Below, in pieces: positions 1 to 13,266 of a DNA stretch of 64,000 nt. Source of the DNA: Octopus sinensis (Eukaryota); assembly GCF_006345805.1 (NCBI RefSeq), contig NC_043007.1, positions 56,606,001 to 56,670,000 on the forward strand, written 5' to 3'. The notes beneath the pieces are model-generated. The model made no database searches. It saw nothing but the letters and a program-made list of their open reading frames with translations, and was not told where the DNA came from. Both the position numbers and the translations under genes were made by a program. Each line of letters begins with the position of its first letter. Positions within the stretch are counted from its first letter, which is position 1.

Positions 1-973
1 CATAACGTGAAGACGGACAAAATGCCGCTATGCATTTTGACCGACGTGCTAACGATTCTGCCAGCACCCCGCCTTAGCATATGTATATATTGATATACGT
101 CTGCATGTCTTTTAAAGAGGTCGAGAGTAACCATGCAGAATCGTTAAGGCGACTGTCAGTATCTCTTCCAGCGGTATCTCTTCCAGCCCACCGCCAAGTT
201 TGACTTTGCCCTTCATCCTTTGGAGATCGATAAAATAAGTACCAGATGAGTCCTGTGGTCGATATAATCGACTAGCCCTCTCATACAAATTTTCATGCTT
301 TATGTCTATAAGGATATTTTGTATATGTACGTGTTTATGTGTGCGTGTGTGCGCATGATTGTGTGTGTGTGTGTGTGTTTATGTGTGTATGAGACAGAGG
401 GAAAAAACGGTGTGGCAGTATGTAGAGGTTCCGTCATATATATCTACAATAAGTAAGCGGCGAGAGTGGCGAGGGTAACGAACACTGCAAAATCTATCAA
501 GACTGGGCATTCCTGAAATATCTTCACATTAGCTCGATTTTCGCTACAGAAAGAAGCTAAAATGAGAAACGGTGTGGTAAGGAACTCGACTTCCGGCGCC
601 ACCGAAATCTATATCGGAAGCTGTTTGCGCTGTGTTTATATGTTTATTTATTCATATATTTGTTTACGTACGAATATATGTATGGCGGTGTATTTATGTT
701 TTTGTGTGTACTGAAGAGTGTTTAGGTATGTATATGTACATATGTAGGTGAGTGTGTATGCGTGTGCGTTTCCGTGTAGCTGCCTGTATAGTAGTGTGTG
801 GGTGCTGTGAATGTAAATGTATCTGCGTCTATATATTTGGATATATATTTATGTCGTTGTTTTGGTTAGTATATGTGTGTGTGCGTGTGTATAGTTACAT
901 GCATGTATACATACATATATACGTATATATATACGTATTTATATATATACATATATATATGAATGTATGTATG

Positions 974-1008
<35 letters not shown>

Positions 1009-1023
1009 CCATGCATATATAAT

Positions 1024-1067
<44 letters not shown>

Positions 1068-1185
1068 CGTACATATATACGTAATAAATATGTATATACA
1101 TACATACTCACGAGTATGAACATTTGTGTCTGTCAGAATGTGTGTACGTGTGTGTGTGTGAGTGTGTGTGTACGTGTGTGTGTGT

Positions 1186-1240
<55 letters not shown>

Positions 1241-2142
1241 TGAGTGTGAGTGTGTGTGTGTGTGCGTTACAAGTGTTACCTGAGTGGTTTTGCCAATTTA
1301 ACAGATGTTCTGAAAGTTTGAAAAATATTTAAAAAGAAATGAAAGAAAAAGAAGAATTTAAACGATGTTTAGCATTTAACGAGATGTATGGCCGGTTTGG
1401 TATTTGTCCTTTTATTTATTTATTTATTTATGTTTATATATCTATTTATATACTTGTCTTTTTATATATATTTTTTTCTTCCTGATATGGTCGGTTATCA
1501 TGGGAAATGTGCAGCATTTTTTTTTGTCTTGATTCTAATGTTATGTTAGTGTTGTTTTAAAATTGTTTTCTTATTTTGTTATTGTTGCTGTCGACAGTGA
1601 CGTTAGTTGTGGTGGCGTCGGTAGTGGCGGCAGTGGCGGAGGCGACGGTGGCAGAGGCGGTGGCGGCGGTGACGGGGGCGACGGTGGTGGCGGTAGTAGT
1701 AGTGGTTGTAGCGGTGATATTCATAATACACGTGTTGCTTTTGGCATTTAAAATTTGCTGTCATTGAATATCGTATTTACTGATGACGAGCGTTGCCGCT
1801 GTTGCTGTTGGTGTTCTTATTGATGTTACTGTTGTTGTTGTTGTGGAGGTGGTGGTGGTGGTGGGGGGGGGGGTTATATTGTGGTTGATGTTCTTGCTTC
1901 TATTGGTGCAAACAGTGATAATGGTGATGTGTTGTATATAGTGATGATGATGATGATGGTTCAGGATTTCTTTTTTCTAATTATGTGAGAAAGGTGCGTG
2001 TGATGGTATTGATGCCATTTCCAAGTATTTACCATTTGTTGATGAAATGATTTACTTTTTAGTGAATGTTCTCCATGGTGAGTTTTTTTATTATTGCTTT
2101 CATGATGACAGTTAATTCCATTCTGTGATCATCATTATCTTG

Positions 2143-2195
<53 letters not shown>

Positions 2196-3179
2196 TGTAA
2201 AAGTAGGAGGAGGAGGAAGTCGATGGAAACTTTATGGAAGCCCGTCAGGTGGATGGTACCTGTAATTTAAAATGAAACAGCCTTGTCTCATACACACGCA
2301 CTGGTATGCGATTTCAGTTTGACAACTGCATTTGTAGTTCACCTGTTTGTGGAATACTCAGCCACTTACAAGTTATTTCGTGCGAACAAATGAATTTTGC
2401 TTTTTTTGAATGACGAAGATTAATCCCCATTGTTTAGAATTAATTGTTTCTTCTGTATTTGTAGATGTTCTTCGATTAGTTCTGATTCTCACTTTGATCT
2501 CAGCTGATGTTACAGTTACTTCTTTTGCCGTGCCCTTTATTCTTGCTGCCCAGAAGAATTGTCTCCGCGGGAGGATTTTGGATCGGCAACCCAACGATTC
2601 CACGTAAATTTGACAGTGCTATCCCCCTTATGTCCTCTTGGTTCCCAGTTTAACATGAATGCAATTGTTGGTACTCTGGTTGTTATTTTAGTTAATATTG
2701 TTAACAAGCGAATCATTGTGTGTTGGTATTGTTTTTGTTGGCTTTTTATTGCTAACGAAAACGTTAGGAGTGTTAATTTTTACTTGTCATAGCTGCTGCT
2801 TCTGTTGTTGTTGTTGTTTCGAGGACATGATGTACAAAACCATCTTAGGTTCTTTTTCTTTCGTTTCCTTTAAGCCATCTATCATGTTTTGTACTATGAG
2901 CTCTACCGTACTTTAATCTATTCTGGGACCAAGCTGATCATTTTACCATACATATTGCATATTCTTGCCTTCGTTACAGCAAGAAAGCTGATCAAACAAT
3001 GAAGTTCGTTTATATATTTTATTGATCTTGTTATGATAATGGTGTTGTTAGGTGCGTAGTTGCTATATTTTGTTGTTATTGTTGCTAGTTAGCATTGGTT
3101 AACTGATGGCTGATGGCAGTTGCCCTAACAATGAAGTAATCTGAGGATTAAGTACACATACTAACTAATAAGAATTATT

Positions 3180-3201
3180 ATTACTGTTATTATTATCATC
3201 A

Positions 3202-3288
<87 letters not shown>

Positions 3289-3295
3289 CATTATT
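3180..3295. repeat. (ATT)n microsatellite
   Basis: Direct reading; a few ATC interruptions. Confidence 0.95.
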
Positions 3296-3476
3296 ACTTT
3301 TTTGGTTTCAGATTTAACTTGAAATTTGCATTTCATCTTAATAAAGTCAGCAAAAATGTATCCTTTGGAAGGATAAAGAAAGAAAAATATTAATCACATG
3401 CAGTTTTTAAATATTTTTGTTTTTATACACTGCAAGAGTTTAGTATAATCACAATCAATATTATTTATAAGAAATG

Positions 3477-3688
3477 GGCGACGAGCTAGCAGAATCATTA
3501 GCACGCCAGGAAGAATACTTAGCAGCGTTTCGTTCATATTAACGTTCTGAGTTCACATTCCACTGAGGTCGACTTCGCCTTTCATTCTTTTAAGGTCGAT
3601 GAAATAAGTAACAATTGAGCAGGGAGGGCGATCTAATCGGCTCTCACCCTCCCTCGCAATTACTGACCTTGTACCAAAATTTGAAACC
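3477..3688 (+). mobile_element. tRNA-derived SINE (family 1), diverged copy
   Basis: Head ggcgacgagctagcagaatcattagc (A-box-like), gagttcacattcc (B-box-like), then gaggtcgacttcgcctttcattc...gtcgatgaaataagta. Homologous to more than 12 other copies in the window. Confidence 0.85.
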
Positions 3689-4274
3689 TATATCACTTGT
3701 AAAAATACTTTCCGTGATGTGAATATGAGGAGAACATCGGTAATGTTGTGCACAATGATCATATATAAGCAACTGAAGATTTCCTATTTCTTTGTAAATT
3801 TTCAATTGCACTTGTGAAGTAAGTTTTGAATCAACTGAGAGTCGTAATAATAACGTAAACATTTGGAAGATTATTTGAGATGATATAACGCAGCAGTTAA
3901 ATTTGAAAGAACAATCTCATTGTCTGTATGTGTTCTATTGTTTTAGTCTATATTGTGGTATGATTATTTCATTCTTAACCATAACTACAATATTACAACA
4001 TAAATAATTTTAATCAGAATTCGAGGTTCAATTTCCATGGTAAGGTTTGAAAGCTTCTATTGATGATAGTCTCCAACAGCATCGCATAGTTGTTTAATTT
4101 TTTATGCTCTCCAACGCCGTTGACTGTTCACCAATACATTGAAGTTTTCCTTGAAAAGGTAGGTATAAAAATTGTCAAATTTAGTCTATCCCCACACCAT
4201 GTTTGTATATATCTGCGTACATATATGTGTGTGGTGCGTGTGTATGTGTATATATATATATATATATATACATA

Positions 4275-4520
4275 CAGGGTTGGCCAAAAGTCACTCGACA
4301 GTAAATCAAAATTTCATAAATACTTAATATTCAATTTTGTTCATTCATTCCAGTTATGAATGTTTAATAATTGAATGCTGTGAGTTAAAGTCACCGTTTT
4401 CTTTTCTTTTTCTTTTTTTTCAACATTTGTCTATTTTTTAGCGAAGTCTCATATAAAATAATTTTTTGTTTTAATCTTGAAATTAAATGGGTTTTTATTT
4501 ACTGCCAGGTGACTTTTGGC
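4275..4520. mobile_element. Tc1/mariner-type MITE (family shared with 32934-33156)
   Basis: TA then cagggttggccaaaagtcactcgacagtaaatcaaaa. The right end ttttatttactgccaggtgacttttggc is its degenerate reverse complement, with the outer bases lost. Confidence 0.65.
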
Positions 4521-4564
4521 TTTTGAAACATATGCAGCATATATTTATCTGTTCGTCTTCATTG

Positions 4565-4572
<8 letters not shown>

Positions 4573-4604
<32 letters not shown>

Positions 4605-4743
4605 GACTTAACCATCCTCTCACACCGTCTCCTATGAAGGAATATAATTAATAAATATCCTAGAAACAGCTGTAAGACTTATCTATAAATGTTCTAATAT
4701 CTACACAGCCTTGGTTTTTTATCTTATTACGTATAAAATTCTT

Positions 4744-4784
<41 letters not shown>

Positions 4785-4923
4785 GACTTAACCATCCTCT
4801 CACACCGTCTCCTATGAAGGAATATAATTAATAAATATCCTAGAAACAGCTGTAAGACTTATCTATAAATGTTCTAATATCTACACAGCCTTGGTTTTTT
4901 ATCTTATTACGTATAAAATTCTT

Positions 4924-4958
<35 letters not shown>
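4573..4958 (+). repeat. Exact 180-bp tandem duplication of a Penelope-type pLTR fragment carrying a mutated hammerhead motif
   Basis: Bases 4621-4740 are identical to 4801-4920. The unit contains gtct-CCTATGA-agg..cct-a-GAAAC-AGCT-GTA-agac and is homologous to 49321-49450 (minus strand). Confidence 0.85.
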
Positions 4959-4965
<7 letters not shown>

Positions 4966-5959
4966 CATTTACACTCGATTGATTTCGATAAAAAATATAT
5001 TGTGGCAAACATGACCCACTAAAACAATTTACGATGGTTCTCCAACAGGGCTGCATTCCAATGGCTGACTCCAGTAGAAATAGAAATATAATACATTATT
5101 CAAAAATAATCTGTATCAAATCTTCGAAGATAACTATTGTTTTTACTAGCAAATCTACCCATCTACGATGGAGGCATAAACTGAGGGAGGGAAGTCATAA
5201 CAGCAGTATGTATTAAGAAATGTGTAAATGGACTTGATAGATTACTGGGTGATGTCTTAGAGAAATCACATTATTGTTGGTGATACAGCATTCTATTGCA
5301 GCTATATGATGTGTTTGCGACGAAGTGACATGTGATGGCGATTCACTCCCGAACTGAAATAGGCTCCCAGACTCTGTATCATGAATAGTTATGTGGACCA
5401 CTCCTAAAGAGAACTAGAGCTTGCTTCGACCACTACATAAAAAGTAATAAGAAAAAAAATGTTATTTAGATATACTTTTATTTTAGTGGTTTACACTATT
5501 TTACGCTTTTTTATACTCTCATACATTCAAAGTTCACAAATTTCCATATTTAAATTATGAATCATATTCCTTTCGATAATATCAATATGATTACAAAAAT
5601 TCTTTGTAAACGATATTTTCTGTTTGGTCGACACAAATTTTAAAATTACTGGAGTTCGTTGCTCTACTCATAGCGACGTATGACTGGCCACGTGTAAACA
5701 TCCGAGTTGGTAAAAATACACCTACACGATCTGGTCCTGTGCCTTGTTTGCTGTGAATGCGCGAGCAGAATCTTTAGGGTTGCAAAGACTCAAACTAAGA
5801 CTTACCTTTCACTCTTCTATGCGAATAATGTGTGGATGTTCTGGTACCAGCCGCTTCGATTAGCCGTTTCGAATCCTGCTCAAGACTGACACACTTCAAT
5901 AATCACTAAATAATCACACACACACTATATACTGACACGCACTTTTTCCATTTTATTTT

Positions 5960-6600
5960 CGCTATTAACCGTCCTCGCGACCCCCTTCGTATCTACGATG
6001 GGGCCACGAACTACTACACAATGAAAATCCAGAGTTATTCGTGGTCAGTGAATTTTTTATAACAATGAGAAGCTGGTTTATCAATTCAAAAATTGATATC
6101 CACGAAATAATCATACTTTCTGATCTTTTAATGCTAAAATCCTTCCTCACGATCGTCTTTGTAATTCTGAAAAATATCGTAACCATTGGCCCAGCCGTCT
6201 GGCCGTGAAACGGGATCAGACAAAGAGACGGACAGACGGACAGATAGTGAATTTGCCCATCTACGATGGGAAATAAAAGGATAGTATCGCAAATCTAAAC
6301 CCTCTAAATTCACAAACTATACGGGATGGGTGGGGGAATCCAGAGTTAATCCTCTTCGCTTCAATTTTAACACAAAAAAAATCAATTAATACAAAACCCA
6401 ATATCCACTAAATAATCATACTTTTTCACATTGTTTTCACCAAAAACCTTCCTGATTACCTCCTTCATAATCTCGAAAAATATTGTGACCATTGGTCCAA
6501 CCGTTTGACCGTGAGGAGGGAACAGACAGACAGGCGGACAAACGGTCAGACAGACGGACAAACGAACAGACAGACGGACATAACGCCCATTATAGTAAGA
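5960..6600 (-). mobile_element. Non-autonomous Helitron/Helentron-like element with two diverged internal units
   Basis: The minus strand begins A|TCttactataatgggcg followed by a (GTCY)n tract. Two ~300-bp related units (tatccac..aataatcatacttt..ccattgg..ccgt..ggccgtga..acagacggac). The 3' end was not located. Confidence 0.45.
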
Positions 6601-7945
6601 TAGCTTTTAGATCACTATGAAATTCAGCCCTTGGTGCACATATCTACCTATAGAAATATTTTTTATGAATTTTTATCGATATAGATAATTGTAGCCTAAC
6701 ATACTAAATATAATGAGCTAATTATATTTATATTATATTCAATGAATTAAAACGACACCCGCTAATGAAAATTCTAGTAAAGAATGGCAAAGAATCAGTT
6801 CCATAATTCAAGTTTATTGAAATCCAAATGGAGATATATAATCAAAAGTAAATAAATCTTTTGGTAGGTACTGACAAATCCAGGCATATATGTCTGTCTT
6901 ATCAGGAACTACTCAGTGAAATCTTGCTCCTACGACACATTTATAATAACTAATTCCATAAAGTATTCGTAAGCAATTTGAAATAAAGTATATATTGGTT
7001 ATAACACTCAGTGTGTGTGTATGGGGGGGATGTTTATGTGGATGGAAAGAATTTGATAGCTGTCATACATGTAGTCCGTCTTGCATTCAGGTTGAACTCA
7101 CAAGTAGCTAGATTCGACTGTACCTGTTCTAACTCGAGAATCTCTATAATATTAAATATAGTAATATACCAAAGACGTGTCAATCAGTAGAGTCTTGGCA
7201 AGAAAAATTGGTTGCTGTCTAGAACAGTTTAAATGACTGTTTCGAAGCTTGTTTTCCCAGCTACCTTAGTATACGTTGTGGAAATTGTATGTTCAGGTGC
7301 ATTGAATTGCATCTGAACATACGATTGGCTGCCAAACTTCCATACTTTTTTTTTATTCAAACAGATCTGAGTGTGACGACCACTTAGTAAAAATAGCAAT
7401 AAGAACAAAAAAATAAAAAAAGAACAAGCCGACGATGGAGGAGTTAAATATCCCTCCGACCCCCACCTGAGCATCTCAAGTAAAAAGAAAGGATACATTG
7501 GATAATATAGCACTGTGTGTGTGTACACGTGTGTGTGTACACGTGTGCGTGTGTGTGAGCGTGTGCGTGCGCGCGCGTGTACACATATATTTATTTGCAT
7601 CGTCTGTAGAAATTTACTTCTTTCATGGCTTTTTGCAAGCACCCGTTGACGGCTGCATGCTTTAAAACAAAACACAGAATAGGGAATGAGTATAACTGGA
7701 GTACCTTAGATCATGGATATACTTGATCAATGCTGACCTAGGGTTAAGCAATATCTGAATCAATATGCACAAATACAGAAGAATAGAAGGGTCCAGTAGA
7801 AAGACAGAGAGGGACGTACAGAAAGATATATGGGACATGCAGAGAGACGAAGATGCTCAGACAGAGTTATAGAGAGTAATATAGAGACACAAAGAGAGTT
7901 ATACAGAGACAGGAAGAAAGTGGAGGTACAGAGGAAGAGAGATAG

Positions 7946-8029
<84 letters not shown>

Positions 8030-9705
8030 GCGTACAGAGAGAAAGACAGAGTAGGAAATCTAGAGAGAACGAGAAAACAAAAACGAATGCTTATCTCATG
8101 TATGTTCACGTCATTCCATCTCGATCAGTTTTTTCCATTGTCGCTAGGTCAACTGTTGTAGAGAAACATGTTCTTCCTGTAACGGTAGCAACGGATCAGC
8201 AGTTCACAAGACATTTTGAAAGATTTCAAAGACAAAACACCATTTAAATGGATATTCATTGTCGGCGGCACTCACTGACAAGCATTCAAGACCTCGTTAG
8301 ACAGTTTCTACATACGTCGAAGTTTGATCCTTGGTGGTATTCAAATTGATGTTTAGTTCTGATAAAATCATATTTTAGCTTTGCTCAAAGAATTGAATCA
8401 TCGGTTGTGTTTGTTCGTTCTGCTAATTCTTCTAATTAGTTGCGAGATTGGCCATCTGTTATTCTACTTGTTGTTGATGTTTCAGATGTTTTCCTACACT
8501 TATTTTTGCTTTGTTTGTATTTTCTTTGCAACTAAGAACACACTGTCTCTCCTTGTAATGGTTTTCTTTACAGAAATCTTTCGTATTAGAAAAGGAGAGA
8601 GGGGGTAGAGGCAGGAGGAGATTGCGAAGGGAAGTGGAAGGAGGAGAGATATACATGTGTACATCTACACTTGAATGTGTGTAGACCTGCATTGCTTTTC
8701 GCCCTTCATTCATCTTTTATATGTAAAAACAGGTAAATAGGTTCTACGTCGGTTTCGACGAGGAGCATTCTAGTTGTTTGAGTCATAGAACTACCTCCTC
8801 TTGAATTATTGTATAAAAGGCTGAGTATTCTGCAGACACTAATACCTTAAGTATAATTCTGAAGTTGAATCAGCGAGATACTGTGTGTGGGGGACAAGAT
8901 TGTCCCTTTGAATTACTAGTACAATCCATCTGTCAAATTTGTATACAGCTTCCACCTTCTCAGTTTCCTTCACAGCATTTCGGTCAGTCCGAGGTCAGGG
9001 AAAAGACACTTGTTCAAGATGTCACTCAGTCGAATCTCATCACTGCGAAGGGGAGGATAGCTTAAACACTCACCAACCATGAGTACGGCTATATGTATAT
9101 CAGTAGGTGGGTGTGCGCGAGAAGATATATATATATGTACTCTCACACACACACACATACACACACATAACAACAAAAGTACAAGAGACGTTCAGAGTTA
9201 ATATTTGAGATTATAAGTCTATGTAAGAAATCGAACTGAGAACATTTTGCAGCTGTGTGCTGATAATCCCTCTCTCGCCGAAGCCACAAGAGAGTTCACT
9301 ACAATAAGATATTAATATACGCCAATTAAAGTTAGCTTCTTACTAATTTCGATGCGTTTTATCATCTGTTAGCTTAATTTAAACTAGGAATAGGTTTTAA
9401 AATGTTATTGACAATGACAACTTAAACTTGCTCATTATTTTACTTTTTCTTTACAAATGAGTGTTGAGTTTTGCTTCTAGGTAATTTTTAACTGGCAGTG
9501 GTGTATCCCTATACAGAAATGCTGGGTAGTGCTGCTATGTAATCTGGACCGACATGTGTCCCCATAGAGTATTGGCATTACGTGACAATAACTGAGTCGC
9601 TTCCTTTTTTCATTTAACAAGCAAACTTGAACTTGTTGAAGAAAAAGAAGGCAATGCCTTAATTTGCGACATCTCAGTTGTCATTATTTGCGATTTGACT
9701 ACACG

Positions 9706-9706
<1 letters not shown>

Positions 9707-9773
<67 letters not shown>
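9707..9773. repeat. (AAT)n microsatellite
   Basis: Direct reading. Confidence 0.97.
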
Positions 9774-9774
<1 letters not shown>

Positions 9775-10686
9775 GATTATACAGAAATGAAAAGAAAAAG
9801 AAAAATGAGTAAGAAACAAAAACTGAAAAGTAAGAAACGAGAAAATCAACATGTTTTTGTCTAATTTACTGTGAAAAATCTCCAAACTGTCACAAAGTAA
9901 ATAAAGATAAAAATAACAGTAATCTTCGAAATATTTATTGCTAAACAAAAGGAATAAAAAAGCAAGAGACTAGTGTTATAGCAAAACAAATTTAGGTGAG
10001 AAACAAACTTACACCTAATCTCCTTGTCGTCTTATCTTTGTATCAAACTAAGGGAAGCCAAGCAGAAAGCTCACAGTTCTAGTAAGAAAAGATACAAACG
10101 TTAATATGTGGCCTGTTGGAGAAATTTAAACCTAGTTTTTTGAGGAGATTAAATGCTGCGTCTGCTGGAAGTGTTTTATGTTTTTTTCTTCTTTATTAAC
10201 AATTAGATCGGTTTCGACAGGATAAAACAAATAGTCTGAGTGTGTGTTACTTATTAAGTCACAGATTCAAATACAAATTCCCTGCGTTGGACTCTAAAGG
10301 AAAACAAAACAATAATAGCTAAATTTCGAATATTCTGTTGGCGAGTCTAAAAAACATCCAGTGTGTTTGGTGTTTTATCAATTGCAGCTGGCTGAGAGGA
10401 TGCTGAGTGTGTCTAGAAACTGAAAGAATCCTGGTTCGTTCCGTTCCCGACACCACTTTGCTGGGTATTTTATTAAATGTTGCAACGAAGTTAAACCGTT
10501 TCAGCAAAACAGATCAACATCAAGATGGTAACATTTGAATCAATACAAGCAACACTAATATACTGACATAATATCTGTTATTTCGAACGCTCAGCTGAAA
10601 TGTGACGCCACACTACAAGGAAAGATCTGTAAATATAACAAAGTCAAGAGCACACAACAGTTTAGAATAACTGATGTACACATGTA

Positions 10687-10778
10687 GGTACAGGCAAGGC
10701 TGTGTGGTAAGAAGCTTGCTTCCCAACCACATGGTTCCGGGTTCAGTTCCACAGCGTGGGACCCAGGGCAAGTGTTTA
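10687..10778 (+). mobile_element. SINE family 2, 5' head fragment
   Basis: ggctgtgtggtaagaagcttgcttcccaaccacatggttccgggttcagttccacagcgtgggacccagggcaagtg; homologous to 23308 and 45460. Confidence 0.8.
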
Positions 10779-11230
10779 TATATAACGAAACAGAAGATGG
10801 AAGATACGAGAATGCTTATCGATCTCTACAATTGTTTCGACCCATCTAGCATCGGTCCCTCACGGGTGGGATACGTAACAACTGGTTCAGGAGCATCCAA
10901 CGGTGTAGATGTGCCCCTTCGGGTGATAAATAGATATAATAACTTGTTAACTAACAGTTCTGCAAGGTACCTTCTCAGTTCGTGTAAAGAAGAGTACCAA
11001 ATTAAAGGATATAGCTTCATTTATACAGAAAATAACTAATAAAAAATAACAGTTGCAAAAAAGAAACGAACACACACTACAGCGAAAAAAGCATTAAATA
11101 TAACCGTTAACGGATATGGATGCACAAAAGCCCTCGCGCAGGGCTTTGGGGCACTTAAATATATTCATGGCTTTGCGTCTGCTTTTCTGTGGGTATGTCT
11201 AAGTATTCCATTTATTTTCATTTCGTGTTC

Positions 11231-11289
11231 CTCGCTGATGAAGGAAGAATCCTTTTTGGATTAATCCAGAAATCGGAACCGATTCGGAG
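11231..11289 (+). ncRNA. Putative type I hammerhead ribozyme motif
   Basis: CTGATGA (11235-11241); stem II A-GG..AATCC-TTTTT-GGATT..CC-A; GAAA (11269-11272); stem III ATCG(G)/(C)CGAT; cleavage triplet ATT (11282-11284). Stem I is only 3 bp (tcg/cgg). Confidence 0.5.
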
Positions 11290-11333
11290 ATAACTATATT
11301 TTTATGAATTTCTGTTGGCTTGCTTTCCTTGTG

Positions 11334-11405
<72 letters not shown>

Positions 11406-11777
11406 GTACAGGAGGACTGGTAACCATTACAATTTGTAGCGGCGAAAGGTCTGGACGTTGTTTTCTGAGGCTGACCAAAGAATTTTTATTTTTAGATATA
11501 AATGATGTACTCAAGTGTAGTTATGTTTTTAGCTTGTGCTTTTTCCATGATCATACGTGAGTATTTTATTTATATCCCATCGAAATTTCTACTGAAGAAG
11601 GAATATATCTTTTTATAAGATTAAGTCCGAAATTGATTCAATATAGAGATAACGAAATTAAACTTTCTAAAGGTTAGTTGCCCGTTTTCAGTTTCAATTT
11701 TCCTGTAACAAGCGGATTATAAGTGGATAAAACAGTGTATTTGGCTTTAGAATAACCCTCTTTAGCCCTTAATTATA

Positions 11778-11813
<36 letters not shown>

Positions 11814-13266
11814 GTATATATTTTAATAGCCGCAGTCAAATGATTGAAACAAATAAAAGAATAAAATAATATATATATATACAAAAACATATATCCACTG
11901 TGTGTACACCCGCGTACGTATTCGTTGTATATGTGAGGACATATACAAAGAAAGAAAAGAAACTAGTTACATACAAAGTTATCTGAAATATTGAAGTAGA
12001 ATTGTAGGACATTGAAATATTCACATGCACATTTTTTTAATAATCATTTTAAACTAAATATATTGTTTCCTAAGTACAAATGGCGAAAAGATAAGCAACA
12101 GCAACAATAAGGACGACCATAACGGCATCTAAACTACAATTAAAACCAAAATCAACACTAACCAAAGCAACACTATCTAAAAGAAAATGAAATAATAATA
12201 AAGATATTTGGAGATGAACAGTTCCTGTTTACGTTAGACATTACAAATAGACTGTCCAAACATCTAACTAGGTACTTCCTTTAATTAGCAGTTGCGATGC
12301 TAACGTAACGTATTATTTCTACTATACTTCGACTGTATCGTAGCACAAAGCTCTGTGTGTACAACATTGACAGTAGTCGCACAGGAATACAGGCAAATAA
12401 CATAAAGGGCTTCTGTGTAAATACATAATTCATACATACACATATATACAAACATATACAACAAATGCATACACATGTATTTAAACATCTGCGAGTATGC
12501 AGATATACGCATACATGCATGAAGACACAAATACATACACACATACACGTACACACACACATAATGTAATGTGTAGTAAAATATGACACTTTACCAAATA
12601 AAGTGGATTTTTGTGATCAGTTATACACTCAACATGATGTGAAAGCAACCATCATATCGCTAAACATACACACAGATATAAAATACATACACACGCGCGC
12701 TCACGCGTCCTACGATCTGATGGCGTCATATACAGCCCAACGATGGGTTGACTACGAAGGCTGAAGGTTTGCAGGAGTGCGTTGCTGTTTCGTCACATTT
12801 TTCTATACGCCATATGGCATAAGTGCCACGGAAGATATTTCCCAGGCCGCAGAGCGTGGATCTCTTTCTGTCAAGTCTGGATCCACTATAATTTCAACTA
12901 TGCCAACGGCATTTCACATTTCTTTTCTCCTATTTCACCCTCCTTTACAAAGTCCAGCGGCTATGAGACAAGGATGACAGGAATATGTTTTGGTGAAATT
13001 GGGAGTCCCTAGTCTGGACCTTCACGTTGGCGGTAGGTAAGCGAGAGTCACCTTTTTTGGTATCCGTAACCTTTTTGAAATTCGGTCCAACACCTACGTT
13101 TAAGCAGACTTATTTAGCAACACTACAGCCTACCCAGATGGGGAGGGCCCTAGAATACGCGGGCTAAACATCAAAAATTATTTCATACCGAGCTGAGAAA
13201 TCGCACTCAGAGGGTTACCTTGAATGTGCTCCAAATAGCAAGACATTTCTCAATTGCCTTACTGCC

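Noticed and set aside
752-1123. ORFs such as MYVCMYV.., YIYIYI.., CVCVCV.., HTHTHT.. here and throughout (20490-20895, 22540-23036, 41679-42549, 57576-58092 and others)
   Set aside because: Translations of di- and tetranucleotide microsatellites, which are open in several frames on both strands.
2373-2990. Protein-like minus-strand fragments (also 8110-8600), possibly a retroelement ORF N-terminus
   Set aside because: Multiple stops and no diagnostic motif that I can name; needs RepeatMasker or tBLASTx.
4990-5400. Possible NUMT or processed pseudogene (TGA-rich, protein-looking frames)
   Set aside because: TAA/TAG stops persist under the invertebrate mitochondrial code, and no mitochondrial protein or rRNA motif was recognised. 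The AT-rich block at 50950-51300 was rejected for the same reason.
8735-8795. Minus-strand GAC..GTC-GAAAC-CGAC-GTA hammerhead-like trace; similar traces at ~10205-10270, ~10825-10875, ~33385-33420 and ~50915-50935
   Set aside because: The catalytic core is incomplete or stem I is unpaired in each; at best decayed pLTR relics.
13000-13175. HDV-like ribozyme in the RTE 5' UTR (ACC-TTCACGT-TGGC at 13018-13031 resembles a P3/L3 module; GGCTAA at ~13163)
   Set aside because: I could not find matching P1 and P2 helices. RTE 5' UTRs are known to carry HDV-like ribozymes, so a consensus from younger copies should be checked, but this copy does not support the call.
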